Assembly (NCBI GenBank): GCA_027858435.1
Contig: JAQICS010000032.1
Location: 1 to 60,928 of the forward strand
Direction of reading: 5' to 3'
DNA: 60,928 nucleotides
Source of the DNA: Patescibacteria group bacterium
GTDB lineage: Bacteria; Patescibacteriota; Patescibacteriia; Patescibacteriales; UBA12465
Part shown: in pieces, positions 36,335 to 44,658 of the stretch
Layout of the letters: each line of letters starts with the position of its first letter
Numbering within the stretch: the stretch's first letter is position 1
The notes under the pieces: model-generated
Told to the model about the DNA's origin: nothing
The model's database searches: none
What the model saw: the letters and a program-made list of their open reading frames with translations, nothing else
Made by a program: the position numbers and the translations under genes

Positions 36335-36766
36335 TTAAATCCCTAAATTACCTAATTCTTCAGCGATTGAATTACTATTCTTCTCTGATTCAGATTTATA
36401 TTTAACCCATGCATCTTCATCCCATACTTCTAAATGATCATATAGTCCAGCCACTATCACACTCTTTTTTAAATTTGAAAATGATCTTAAATATTCTGGT
36501 AGGGTTATTCGTCCTTGATTATCAAATTCTAAGTCCATAGCTCCAGCTAACATATGACGACTAAAGGCTCTAGCTTTTGCTTGGCTAATTGGAAGCTCTG
36601 ATAGATTTTTGGCAATTTTTAAAAACTCATCTTTTGAATACAAAAAAAGGCAACCATCAAGACCTTTAGTCGCGACTGCGCCTTTCTTTAAAACAGAACG
36701 AAACTTAGCTGGAATAGCCAGTCGTCCTTTACTATCTAAATTGTGTCGGTATTCTCCGATGAACAT
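36335..36766 (-). CDS. mraZ: transcriptional regulator MraZ
   Basis: MFIGEY start and two DxxxR-type repeats, LDSKGRLAIP and DNQGRITLP. Confidence 0.95.
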   Translation of the reverse strand: MFIGEYRHNLDSKGRLAIPAKFRSVLKKGAVATKGLDGCLFLYSKDEFLKIAKNLSELPISQAKARAFSRHMLAGAMDLEFDNQGRITLPEYLRSFSNLKKSVIVAGLYDHLEVWDEDAWVKYKSESEKNSNSIAEELGNLGI

Positions 36767-36778
36767 ATAATTATTATT

Positions 36779-36843
36779 TCACCTTAATTCCCCACAAATC
36801 ACCTTACGAGTTTAATTATACACCACTTATACCCTTAGGTCAA
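36779..36843 (-). promoter_or_regulatory. dcw (mraZ) promoter with candidate MraZ operator repeats
   Basis: On the minus strand, TTGACC (36838..36843), a 17-nt spacer and TATAAT (36815..36820). GTG-rich boxes lie at about 10-bp spacing downstream: GGTGA (36799..36803), GTGGGG (36790..36795) and GGTGA (36779..36783). A further GTGGTG lies in the spacer (36821..36826). Confidence 0.55.
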
Positions 36844-36879
36844 CACTTAGTGTTTAGCTAATATAAGCAAAAAATTAAA

Positions 36880-36915
36880 ATAAAAAAGCACTTATAAACA
36901 AGTGCTTAAAAAAAA
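36880..36915 (-). terminator. rho-independent terminator after the cysS-dus-tsaB-like operon
   Basis: AAGCACTT (36886..36893) pairs with AAGTGCTT (36900..36907), flanked by A-runs and T-runs on both sides. Confidence 0.65.
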
Positions 36916-36965
36916 TAAATATTTTTATTTATATTTAAGGTAAAGTTATCAACAGGCTATTTTAA

Positions 36966-37361
36966 CTAAGAAATATTAGGACTAGCACTATATTCTGGTT
37001 CAACAATATTATATTTAGAAAACTTTTTTGTTTTATCTTTCTTTAAAATTAAATTATCATTTTCTAAATACCCAGCTCTTGCTTTAATATTCAGTCCATA
37101 AGAAAGAGCATTGGCGGTTACCACTCCGATTCTAAGTGAGGTAAAACTACCACCTTCATTTTTAACCACAATTAATTCTAACTCAGATAATTCTAATCCA
37201 TTTTTCTCTAAAAGTTTTAAAATTTCTGGAAGTAGTTTTTCTGATTGTTTGCGAAAAGCTGAAATATTTGATTTAGAAATTAAATTAAAACTACTTCCCT
37301 TTTTTTCAAAAAGAGAAATTATCATTTTTTCTTTTTCAGTTGTGTCAATATATAGAGTCAT
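36966..37361 (-). CDS. tsaB: TsaB (YeaZ)-like protein, N-terminal half only
   Basis: TLYIDTTEKE and EGGSFTSLRIGVVTANALSY align with the YeaZ blocks ILAIDTATE and GPGSFTGVRIGIGIAQGLA. It is only 131 aa. Confidence 0.65.
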   Translation of the reverse strand: MTLYIDTTEKEKMIISLFEKKGSSFNLISKSNISAFRKQSEKLLPEILKLLEKNGLELSELELIVVKNEGGSFTSLRIGVVTANALSYGLNIKARAGYLENDNLILKKDKTKKFSKYNIVEPEYSASPNIS

Positions 37362-38329
37362 ATATTTAATATTTTAGAAACATCTTTTAAGGATTCAATT
37401 TTAGTTATTTCTTTTCTTATCTTTGAGGCGCCTTCTATTCCATTTAAATACCAAACCAAATTCTTACGAAGCTCATGTACAGAATCTTTTCCTTTTAATC
37501 TTAAGTATAGCTTAGCATGTTTATAAATCATTTTAAAAACTTCAGACTTATTCTTCTTAATTTCCCTACCTTTTTTAATCTCTTTAAAAAGCCAAGGACG
37601 TCCTAAAACACCTCTAGCTAAACCTAAGCCATCAGCCTTACTTTCACTCATTGCTAAATTAGCTGTTTCAAGACTATTTATCCCACCGTTTGCAAGAATC
37701 ACTCCTTTAAAATACTTTCTAGCATTTGCTATTTCACTATATTTAACTTCACCGATAAATCCTTGACTTAAACTGCGACCATGAATCATTAAAGCAAATA
37801 TATCTAAGTCTTCAATGTTTTTTAAAAAATCAAGATAGGAAACATCACCAGCTTTAAGACGAATTTTAACAGATACTGGTAGTTTTGTATTACTTAACAC
37901 AGTCTCAAGCACTTCTCTTGATCTTTTTAAATCTTTCATTAAACCAGAACCGGCTCCTTGTTTAACAACTTTTGGAACTGGACAACCAAAGTTAATATCA
38001 ATTCCATCGGGTTTAACCTTTTCTTCGACAACTTTAACAGCAACTGCAAAATGTTCAGGCTTTGAACCAAATAGTTGAACAATATATGGTCTCTCAAGTC
38101 TTGGATTAAATTTTAAAAGCGAAAGAGTTTTTAACTTCTCTCTATCACTCTTCTTTTCCTTGTGAGCGTAATAAAGAGCGGCTGCTGAAGCCATTTCACT
38201 ATATAAGACATCTGCTCCCTGTTTTTTACAAATTCTTCTAAAAGGGGCATCAGAAAAACCGGCCATTGGAGCAAGTGCTAAAATGGGCCGGTTTCTTTTT
38301 TTAAGTTTTTGCCAAAAGTTTCTTTTCAT
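37358..38329 (-). CDS. dus: tRNA-dihydrouridine synthase
   Basis: LAPMAGFSDAPFRRI, INFGCP and the catalytic Cys context. Its ATGA start overlaps the cysS stop. Confidence 0.9.
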   Translation of the reverse strand: MKRNFWQKLKKRNRPILALAPMAGFSDAPFRRICKKQGADVLYSEMASAAALYYAHKEKKSDREKLKTLSLLKFNPRLERPYIVQLFGSKPEHFAVAVKVVEEKVKPDGIDINFGCPVPKVVKQGAGSGLMKDLKRSREVLETVLSNTKLPVSVKIRLKAGDVSYLDFLKNIEDLDIFALMIHGRSLSQGFIGEVKYSEIANARKYFKGVILANGGINSLETANLAMSESKADGLGLARGVLGRPWLFKEIKKGREIKKNKSEVFKMIYKHAKLYLRLKGKDSVHELRKNLVWYLNGIEGASKIRKEITKIESLKDVSKILNI

Positions 38330-39732
38330 TTTTTCTTTAGTTTATAACCATCAGGTCCATCTTCAATTTCATAACCTTCTTTTTCTATTTCATCTCTTAA
38401 ACTATCTGATTTAGAAAAATCTTTTTCATCTCTTGCTATCTGTCTTTTTTCAGCTAAACTTTTAATTTCAGCTGGTATTTCTACTTCATTATTATTAAAA
38501 CTTTCTTCAAAGTCAAGACTTAAACCCAAGACTTTATCAAAGTCTTTAGCTGTCTCTAGCTTATCATCTGGATTTAGTCTTGATTTAAAAACAGAAAAAA
38601 GTATAGCTAAAGCTTGAGGCATATTTAAATCATCGTTAATAGCTGATTGAAATTGTTCCTTAAAGTATTTATCAACTCTTCCCTTTAAAAAGGCATTACT
38701 CTTAATCGCTAAATATTGTTTTCTTAAACTATCTAATCCTTTCTCAGCTTGAATTAAAGACTCTTCGCTATATTCCATGGGTTTTCTATAGTGAACTTGA
38801 AGAGCAGCAAAACGATAGGCAAGAGGATTTATTCCTTTTTTAAGCAAGGCGTTTTCTATAGTTAAAAAATTTTCAGAACTCTTAGCCATTTTCTTACCAC
38901 CAGAAATATTTAGAAAAGCACCATGAAGCCAATAGTTGAAAAACTTCTTTTCAGTTGCTGCTTCACTTTGAGCAATTTCATTAGTGTGATGAACGTTTAT
39001 ATGATCCATTCCTCCACAATGAATATCTAAACTATCCTTTAATTCCATTAAACTCATAGCTGAACACTCAAGGTGCCAACCAGGAAAACCAATTCCCCAA
39101 GGAGAATCCCATTCCATTTGTCTGTTAGAATCAGATGGTGAAAATTTCCATAAAGCAAAATCTGTTGAATTTCTTTTCTCATCATTTTTACAGACTCTTG
39201 CTCCTTCTTTTAAATCTTCAAGAGACTGATGACTTAGCTTATTATATTCAGGAAATTTAGAAGTATCAAAATACAGACCATCAGATATTTTATAGACAAA
39301 ACCTTTTTCCTCTAATTGTTTAATTAAATCAATTTGCTCATCAATTGTCTCACTCGCCTTTAACCAAACATCGGGTTTAATGATGTTTAAAAGTTCTAAA
39401 TCTTGTTTAAAAGCATTAGTATAAAAAGAAGCAATTTCTAGAGCAGATTTTCCAATTTGCCTAGATTTCTTTTCAATCTTATCCTCACCCATATCTTGAT
39501 CATCAGTTAGATGACCAACGTCAGTAACATTCATCACTCTTTTAACTTGATAATCATTATATTTAAGTACCCTTATTAAAAAGTCTTCAAATAAATAAGT
39601 ACGTAAATTGCCAATATGAGCAAAATTATAAACAGTCGGGCCGCAGGTATAAATACCAACACGGCCCGGGTTTATAGATTGAAATTCTTCTTTTTTTCTA
39701 TTTAAAGAGTTATAAAGAAAAATTTTATTCAT
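38326..39732 (-). CDS. cysS: cysteine--tRNA ligase
   Basis: HIGN (HIGH motif), KMAKS (KMSKS motif) and the CysRS zinc/cysteine-binding blocks (TCGPTVYN, HLECS). Confidence 0.95.
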   Translation of the reverse strand: MNKIFLYNSLNRKKEEFQSINPGRVGIYTCGPTVYNFAHIGNLRTYLFEDFLIRVLKYNDYQVKRVMNVTDVGHLTDDQDMGEDKIEKKSRQIGKSALEIASFYTNAFKQDLELLNIIKPDVWLKASETIDEQIDLIKQLEEKGFVYKISDGLYFDTSKFPEYNKLSHQSLEDLKEGARVCKNDEKRNSTDFALWKFSPSDSNRQMEWDSPWGIGFPGWHLECSAMSLMELKDSLDIHCGGMDHINVHHTNEIAQSEAATEKKFFNYWLHGAFLNISGGKKMAKSSENFLTIENALLKKGINPLAYRFAALQVHYRKPMEYSEESLIQAEKGLDSLRKQYLAIKSNAFLKGRVDKYFKEQFQSAINDDLNMPQALAILFSVFKSRLNPDDKLETAKDFDKVLGLSLDFEESFNNNEVEIPAEIKSLAEKRQIARDEKDFSKSDSLRDEIEKEGYEIEDGPDGYKLKKK

Positions 39733-39740
39733 AGTTTTTA

Positions 39741-40250
39741 TTATTCAATTACTTCACCTTCCATTACTTCCTCTCCCCCAACTTCTTCAGCTACCGAGTC
39801 AGCAATTTGAGTTACTAAAATAATTGTAGGTTGTTCCGGAGCAAATTCAATTTCTGCTTTGTGTTTTGCCTCTCCTTCATATTCAACTTCAGCAACATTA
39901 TCACCAGTCCAAGAAATACTTGTTACATCAAATTTTATTCCATCTTCTTCTTTTACAGGAGAATAGGTGTCAATTTGTGTTCTTACTTGTTCTTCTCTAA
40001 GTTCTTGTAAAGCAGACTCTATAACCTCAGTATTATTTTCCTCTTCCTCTGGTAAATTAATACCATTTTCATCATCAACTTCAAGATTAGTATTTTCGTT
40101 ATTTACTTCATTTTCTAATACTTCATTTTCTAATCCTTCATTTTCTAATTCTCCATTTTCCTCAACAGCACCTGGTACAAGTACTAGGAAAATTAAAAGA
40201 GCTAAAACAAGAAAACTAAAAATGATTAATGCATTTTTTCCTTTTTTCAT
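39741..40250 (-). CDS. hypothetical anchored/secreted acidic protein with ENE-type repeats
   Basis: 169-aa tracked ORF with an N-terminal hydrophobic anchor ALIIFSFLVLALLIFLVLV, the repeat LENEGLENEVLENEV, and a small C-terminal beta domain. Confidence 0.5.
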   Translation of the reverse strand: MKKGKNALIIFSFLVLALLIFLVLVPGAVEENGELENEGLENEVLENEVNNENTNLEVDDENGINLPEEEENNTEVIESALQELREEQVRTQIDTYSPVKEEDGIKFDVTSISWTGDNVAEVEYEGEAKHKAEIEFAPEQPTIILVTQIADSVAEEVGGEEVMEGEVIE

Positions 40251-40312
40251 AGATTTAAAAATTAATTTTTTAATATAGTTAAATTATAGCAAACATTTAA
40301 AAACAAGACAAT

Positions 40313-40339
40313 AAAAAAGCCCGCTAGTAAGTAGCGAGC
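40313..40339 (-). terminator. rho-independent terminator after 40349..40918
   Basis: On the minus-strand RNA, GCUCGCUA pairs with UAGCGGGC (8 bp, one G-U), followed by U6 (the plus-strand A-run 40313..40318). Confidence 0.7.
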
Positions 40340-40348
40340 TTAGATTTT

Positions 40349-40918
40349 TTAAAAACATCTTAATTGTTTTTTATTATTACTTTTTTTTGGTTTAATTTTT
40401 GGAGATTTGTTTGTCTCCTCCATTTTTTTTCGGTATTTTGAAGTTATTGCTTCAAATACTCTATAAGAACCATCCGAAGGTCGCAAAAACAATAATTGAC
40501 GATAAATACTTTCTGCCTTTTTCTTGTTACTTTTCTTCACAAATTGCCGCAAGTTTCTTAATTTAACAGCAATTAAGCGATCACCACTTCCATTTTGTAT
40601 TATTTCCTTGCAAGAAGGATCATTACAACAAGAAAGATTTAATGTTAAAAAGCAACTATTTCTAAAAAGAAGAAATTTAACTGGCTTTTGATTACAAATT
40701 GGACACATGTGTTTAATATCCATATAATCTCCAGCAGTTAAAAGAAAATCAATGTGTTTAAGCATTGAATCTCCTTCTTTATGCGGTCTATCTTTAAGAG
40801 TAAAAAAAGCAGATGAATTGTTTAGAGCTAAATACTCCAAACTTTGCCCAGGATACCTTTTGGAATTCTTAAAGAAATATGGTTCACTCGGTATTGGATT
40901 AAAAGATTTTTCTGTCAT
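40349..40918 (-). CDS. hypothetical Cys-rich (putative zinc-ribbon) basic protein
   Basis: 189-aa tracked ORF with HMCPICNQ...SCCNDPSCKE cysteine clusters and a K-rich C-terminus. It has its own terminator. No family recognised. Confidence 0.5.
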   Translation of the reverse strand: MTEKSFNPIPSEPYFFKNSKRYPGQSLEYLALNNSSAFFTLKDRPHKEGDSMLKHIDFLLTAGDYMDIKHMCPICNQKPVKFLLFRNSCFLTLNLSCCNDPSCKEIIQNGSGDRLIAVKLRNLRQFVKKSNKKKAESIYRQLLFLRPSDGSYRVFEAITSKYRKKMEETNKSPKIKPKKSNNKKQLRCF

Positions 40919-41018
40919 GATTATTTAGTTTTCAAGGTTCAACAATATTATCTTAACTATAAAAAAGTATACCATATGTATACTTTTTTGTCAATTTTAT
41001 TGTTCATTTTATTGTACA

Positions 41019-41047
41019 TTGACAAAATAAATATAATATGTTATAGT
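41019..41047 (+). promoter_or_regulatory. sigma70-like promoter for 41173..41730
   Basis: TTGACA (41019..41024), a 17-nt spacer and TATAGT (41042..41047). Confidence 0.5.
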
Positions 41048-41092
41048 TTATAATGTTAATTAGTTCTTTAATATAGGTATTTAGTTGGTAAA

Positions 41093-41152
41093 TTTAATTA
41101 AGTTCTCCTAGTTTCTTTATGGAAATTAAGAGAACTTAATTAAAATTTTTTT
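41093..41152 (+). promoter_or_regulatory. 15-bp perfect hairpin plus T-run in the 5' leader (terminator/attenuator-like)
   Basis: TTTAATTAAGTTCTC (41093..41107) pairs with GAGAACTTAATTAAA (41130..41144) around a 22-nt loop. After one unpaired A, a T7 run follows (41146..41152). The element ends 20 nt before the ATG at 41173. Confidence 0.5.
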
Positions 41153-41172
41153 AACAATTAAATACGATAAAA

Positions 41173-41730
41173 ATGAAAACAATCGAAATTAAAAGTACAT
41201 TTAAGGGTATGTATGCATCCTTGTTAAATTCTTTAATATGGGTAATTATTCCTATTTTTGGTGCCCTTAGTCTTAATTGGTGTTGTGATTATTTCAAATG
41301 GTCAGAAATCAGCTATGATTATGATTTAGTTGTAGTTTTAATGGTAATTGGCTATATTATTATGGCATTTATTGCGATTTGGTCATTGTATAATTTGTTA
41401 ATTACCGCTTTTTATGGACCGACCAATACTATGGTTTTCTACCTAGATGATCATGGAAAAATCACTAAAATTAGCGATACTTATTATGGATTCGTTAACA
41501 CAAAACAACACGAAGAAATAGTTTGTAATCGCATACTGAGCGTAGGTGTTTATACTCCTACAATAGGACCAATTTTTAATACTGGCACATTAACTATTAA
41601 TTTTGTCAGTTTTGCAAACGCTGACTATGTAGAAAAAAGCTGGATAATATCCGGTGTGAAATTTCCTGAGTATTTGAAAGAAAAAATTATTCAGGCTTCG
41701 CCGCTTCACGAAGGTTTAAAGATAGTATAA
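41173..41730 (+). CDS. membrane protein with two TM helices and a bacterial PH (YdbS/YdbT-like) type domain
   Basis: 185-aa tracked ORF with TM helices LIWVIIPIFGALSL and VVVLMVIGYIIMAFIAIWSLYNLLI, followed by a beta-rich soluble domain. The bPH assignment rests on the architecture only. Confidence 0.5.
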   Translation: MKTIEIKSTFKGMYASLLNSLIWVIIPIFGALSLNWCCDYFKWSEISYDYDLVVVLMVIGYIIMAFIAIWSLYNLLITAFYGPTNTMVFYLDDHGKITKISDTYYGFVNTKQHEEIVCNRILSVGVYTPTIGPIFNTGTLTINFVSFANADYVEKSWIISGVKFPEYLKEKIIQASPLHEGLKIV

Positions 41731-41752
41731 TCATATTAAACAAAAAGAGCTT

Positions 41753-41778
41753 AAAACGAGACAAAAGTCTCGTTTTTT
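41753..41778 (+). terminator. rho-independent terminator
   Basis: CGAGAC (41757..41762) pairs with GTCTCG (41767..41772), extended by A/T pairs, followed by T6 (41773..41778). Confidence 0.75.
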
Positions 41779-41938
41779 ATTTATCAAGAAAACCATATAT
41801 AAGTATATAGTAATTAATCCTGGGATTATCTAATTAAAAACAAGACTCAATTTTCTTAAGTTAAAGAATGTAGTATATTAAATAAACTAGTTGCAATTTG
41901 GTTTCTGCTATTATTTTTTTGTTATCTTATATTTATAT

Positions 41939-42295
41939 CTAGTTTATTTTCTTAAACTTAACATTAAAAATTGGCTCATACTCTACCTTGTTTTCATCCA
42001 CAATCTTTATATTTTCACCTTCTACTAAATTCTTTACCGCTATATCACTTAATAGCTGATTATCACCAGCAATATTTAACTTTAAACCCTCTAATTTATC
42101 AAACTCTTCTTTTAATTCTGATTTAATACCTTCTTCTATTTTTCTTTTCTTTAATTTCAAACTTTCTAACTCTTCTTTAATTTCTTGATATGAAGCATTG
42201 TTAACTAGAGCGTCTCTATACATCGCTTTAAGTTCCCTGCTTTCTTTTTTTCTTTCTTGAATACGTCTAAAGACATCTGGTAAAGATTGTGACAT
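41939..42295 (-). CDS. hypothetical coiled-coil protein
   Basis: 118-aa tracked ORF with heptad-like K/E-rich helices. No family recognised. Confidence 0.45.
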   Translation of the reverse strand: MSQSLPDVFRRIQERKKESRELKAMYRDALVNNASYQEIKEELESLKLKKRKIEEGIKSELKEEFDKLEGLKLNIAGDNQLLSDIAVKNLVEGENIKIVDENKVEYEPIFNVKFKKIN

Positions 42296-42374
42296 AATGT
42301 TTTTTTACTTAATTAATTATTTATAACTTAAACAGTATAACACAAAATTAAATAAGCAAAAATTTTATATTATT

Positions 42375-43514
42375 TTAATAATTTGAGCTAATAATGCCAC
42401 CACCTAAAACTTGTTTATCGTTATAAAAAACAGCACTTTGACCCGGTGTTACTGCTCTTTGCAGGCGTGCAAACTCTACTAAACAATTACCATTTTTTCC
42501 TGGATAGACATAGCAAGTTACCGCTTTGTGTCCATATCTAATTACCACGCTGCATTTTAATTTTCTTTTTAACTCTTTGCCAGATAACCAATTAACATTT
42601 TCAACTACAAATTTCTTGCTATACAAGCTAAGCTCATCCCACTTATTAACCACATACAAAATATTTTTGTCATAATCAAAACCAGAGACATAATATGGTC
42701 CAGTTCCACCTACTAATCCTCTTCTTTGCCCAATAGTGTAAAGTTGTAATCCTTGGTGCCTACCAATTATCTCAGCATTTTCTTTAAGTATAATATTTCC
42801 TGGCTTAAGACTGAGATATTTTTTTAAGAAATTATTATGATCACCACTTAAAAAGCAAATATCTTGACTCTCTGATTTAGAGGCAATACTTAAATTATAA
42901 TCACGAGCCATTTTCCTCACTTGAGGTTTTCTATACGATCCAAGGGGAAAAAGAAGATGATTTAACTCATCGGGGGTGAAAGTATAGAGAAAATATGATT
43001 GATCTTTCCTTTTATCTTTTCCTTTTACTAGTATTGTTTTTCCATTTTTTCTCTCAGTTGACAAATAGTGACCAGTGGCTAAATAATCATAGCCTAAAGA
43101 TCTGGCTTGTTTTAAAAGTTTGCCAATTTTAATCTTTCTATTACAAACCACGCAAGGATTTGGAGTTCTCCCACTATCATATTCTGATAGAAAATTATCA
43201 ACTACTTCTTTTTTAAACTCATTGGAATAATCAAAGGTATAAAGAGGGATGCCAATTTTAGCAGCGACTGCTTTAGCATCAAGAAGTGAGTCCAGTGAAC
43301 AGCAACTATTCTCAGAAGTGTTCCCTCCTTTTTCATCTTTCCAAAAATGAAGAAAAACACCGGCCACCTCATAACCCTCATCTTTTAATAAACAAGCCGC
43401 TACTGAAGAATCTACTCCACCTGACATAGCTACTAAAACCTTTTTCTTGATTTTCTTGTTTTTAGTTTCTTTTTTATTATTTATTTTTTTGTTTTCTATT
43501 TTATTACTTTTCAT
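42375..43514 (-). CDS. mnmA: tRNA 2-thiouridine(34) synthase
   Basis: PP-loop VAMSGGVDSSV, the catalytic Cys blocks (NPCVVCN, DICFL) and typical length. Confidence 0.95.
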   Translation of the reverse strand: MKSNKIENKKINNKKETKNKKIKKKVLVAMSGGVDSSVAACLLKDEGYEVAGVFLHFWKDEKGGNTSENSCCSLDSLLDAKAVAAKIGIPLYTFDYSNEFKKEVVDNFLSEYDSGRTPNPCVVCNRKIKIGKLLKQARSLGYDYLATGHYLSTERKNGKTILVKGKDKRKDQSYFLYTFTPDELNHLLFPLGSYRKPQVRKMARDYNLSIASKSESQDICFLSGDHNNFLKKYLSLKPGNIILKENAEIIGRHQGLQLYTIGQRRGLVGGTGPYYVSGFDYDKNILYVVNKWDELSLYSKKFVVENVNWLSGKELKRKLKCSVVIRYGHKAVTCYVYPGKNGNCLVEFARLQRAVTPGQSAVFYNDKQVLGGGIISSNY

Positions 43515-44658
43515 CTTTTAAGCTCTTAAAAATTTGTAAATACTTATCAGCGGTTTTTTGCCAATTGAAAAATTGAGTTCTTTCCCTTCCTTTTTTAGAA
43601 AAATGATTATATAGTTCTTTATCATTTAACAGCTCTTCTAAAGCTGTAGCTATTTCTTTTGGGTCATAAGGGTTAACCATTAAAGCTCCATCGTTTACCA
43701 CCTCTGGTAGGCTGGAGACATTTGAAACAATAGTTGGCACGCCATAGGTCATAGCCTCAAGAGGTGGAAAACCAAATCCTTCATAAAAAGAAGGATAAAC
43801 AAATACTTCAGCTTCTTTATATAACACATCTTTATCCTTAGTTTCAATATAATCTAAAAAAATAATATCATCTCTATATTTAGAATTATTGTATTCTTTA
43901 AATATAGCCTTTGTTTTCCAACCCTTCCTACCAGCTAAAACCAATTTTAAACCACTTTCATTATCGTCTCGGTATATGTTATAGGCTTTAATTAAGTTTG
44001 AAATGTTTTTTCTGGGTTCAATTGTACCTAAATATAGGATATAGCTAAAAGACTTAGAGTTAAAATATTTATCTCTAAATATTTTTATTTCTTTCTCATT
44101 TATTTCTTTTTTTTCTAAATTATTGCCAGAATATATTACATCTGTTTTATCTTCATCAACTTCCATCAATTCTTCTATGTCATTTTTAGTATTTTCAGAT
44201 ACAGCAACTATCCTATCACTTTGCCTTATTATCTTTTTTACATTAAGTAGTTTATGCCACAAATTTTGACGAAAACTGAAATACTTAGGATATCTTAGAA
44301 AAGACAGGTCATGAATTGTTATTATTCTTTTAACATCACTAAAAGAGGTAAAGTTAAAATGTGGGGACCAAAAAACATCAACTCCGCCAATTAACTTATC
44401 AACTTTGGGATAAGAAAATATCTTTTGCAAAAAATAATTAAATAATTTATTAGAATATCTAGTGGAAATAATTTCTACATTATCTCTTTTCCATTTATCC
44501 ATTCTTTTTTTAATATTTAAACGACAGTTATAGAAAAGAATAAATTGATAATCACTAGGGGCTTGATTAAGTATTGCCTGTAATAAATTAGCGGTATATT
44601 CCGATACACCGCTATACTTTTCATCCATTAATACTCTTATATCTACCCCTATTTTCAT
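43504..44658 (-). CDS. glycosyltransferase family 4
   Basis: E-x7-E block YPSFYEGFGFPPLEA and GT-B architecture. Confidence 0.85.
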   Translation of the reverse strand: MKIGVDIRVLMDEKYSGVSEYTANLLQAILNQAPSDYQFILFYNCRLNIKKRMDKWKRDNVEIISTRYSNKLFNYFLQKIFSYPKVDKLIGGVDVFWSPHFNFTSFSDVKRIITIHDLSFLRYPKYFSFRQNLWHKLLNVKKIIRQSDRIVAVSENTKNDIEELMEVDEDKTDVIYSGNNLEKKEINEKEIKIFRDKYFNSKSFSYILYLGTIEPRKNISNLIKAYNIYRDDNESGLKLVLAGRKGWKTKAIFKEYNNSKYRDDIIFLDYIETKDKDVLYKEAEVFVYPSFYEGFGFPPLEAMTYGVPTIVSNVSSLPEVVNDGALMVNPYDPKEIATALEELLNDKELYNHFSKKGRERTQFFNWQKTADKYLQIFKSLKDEK

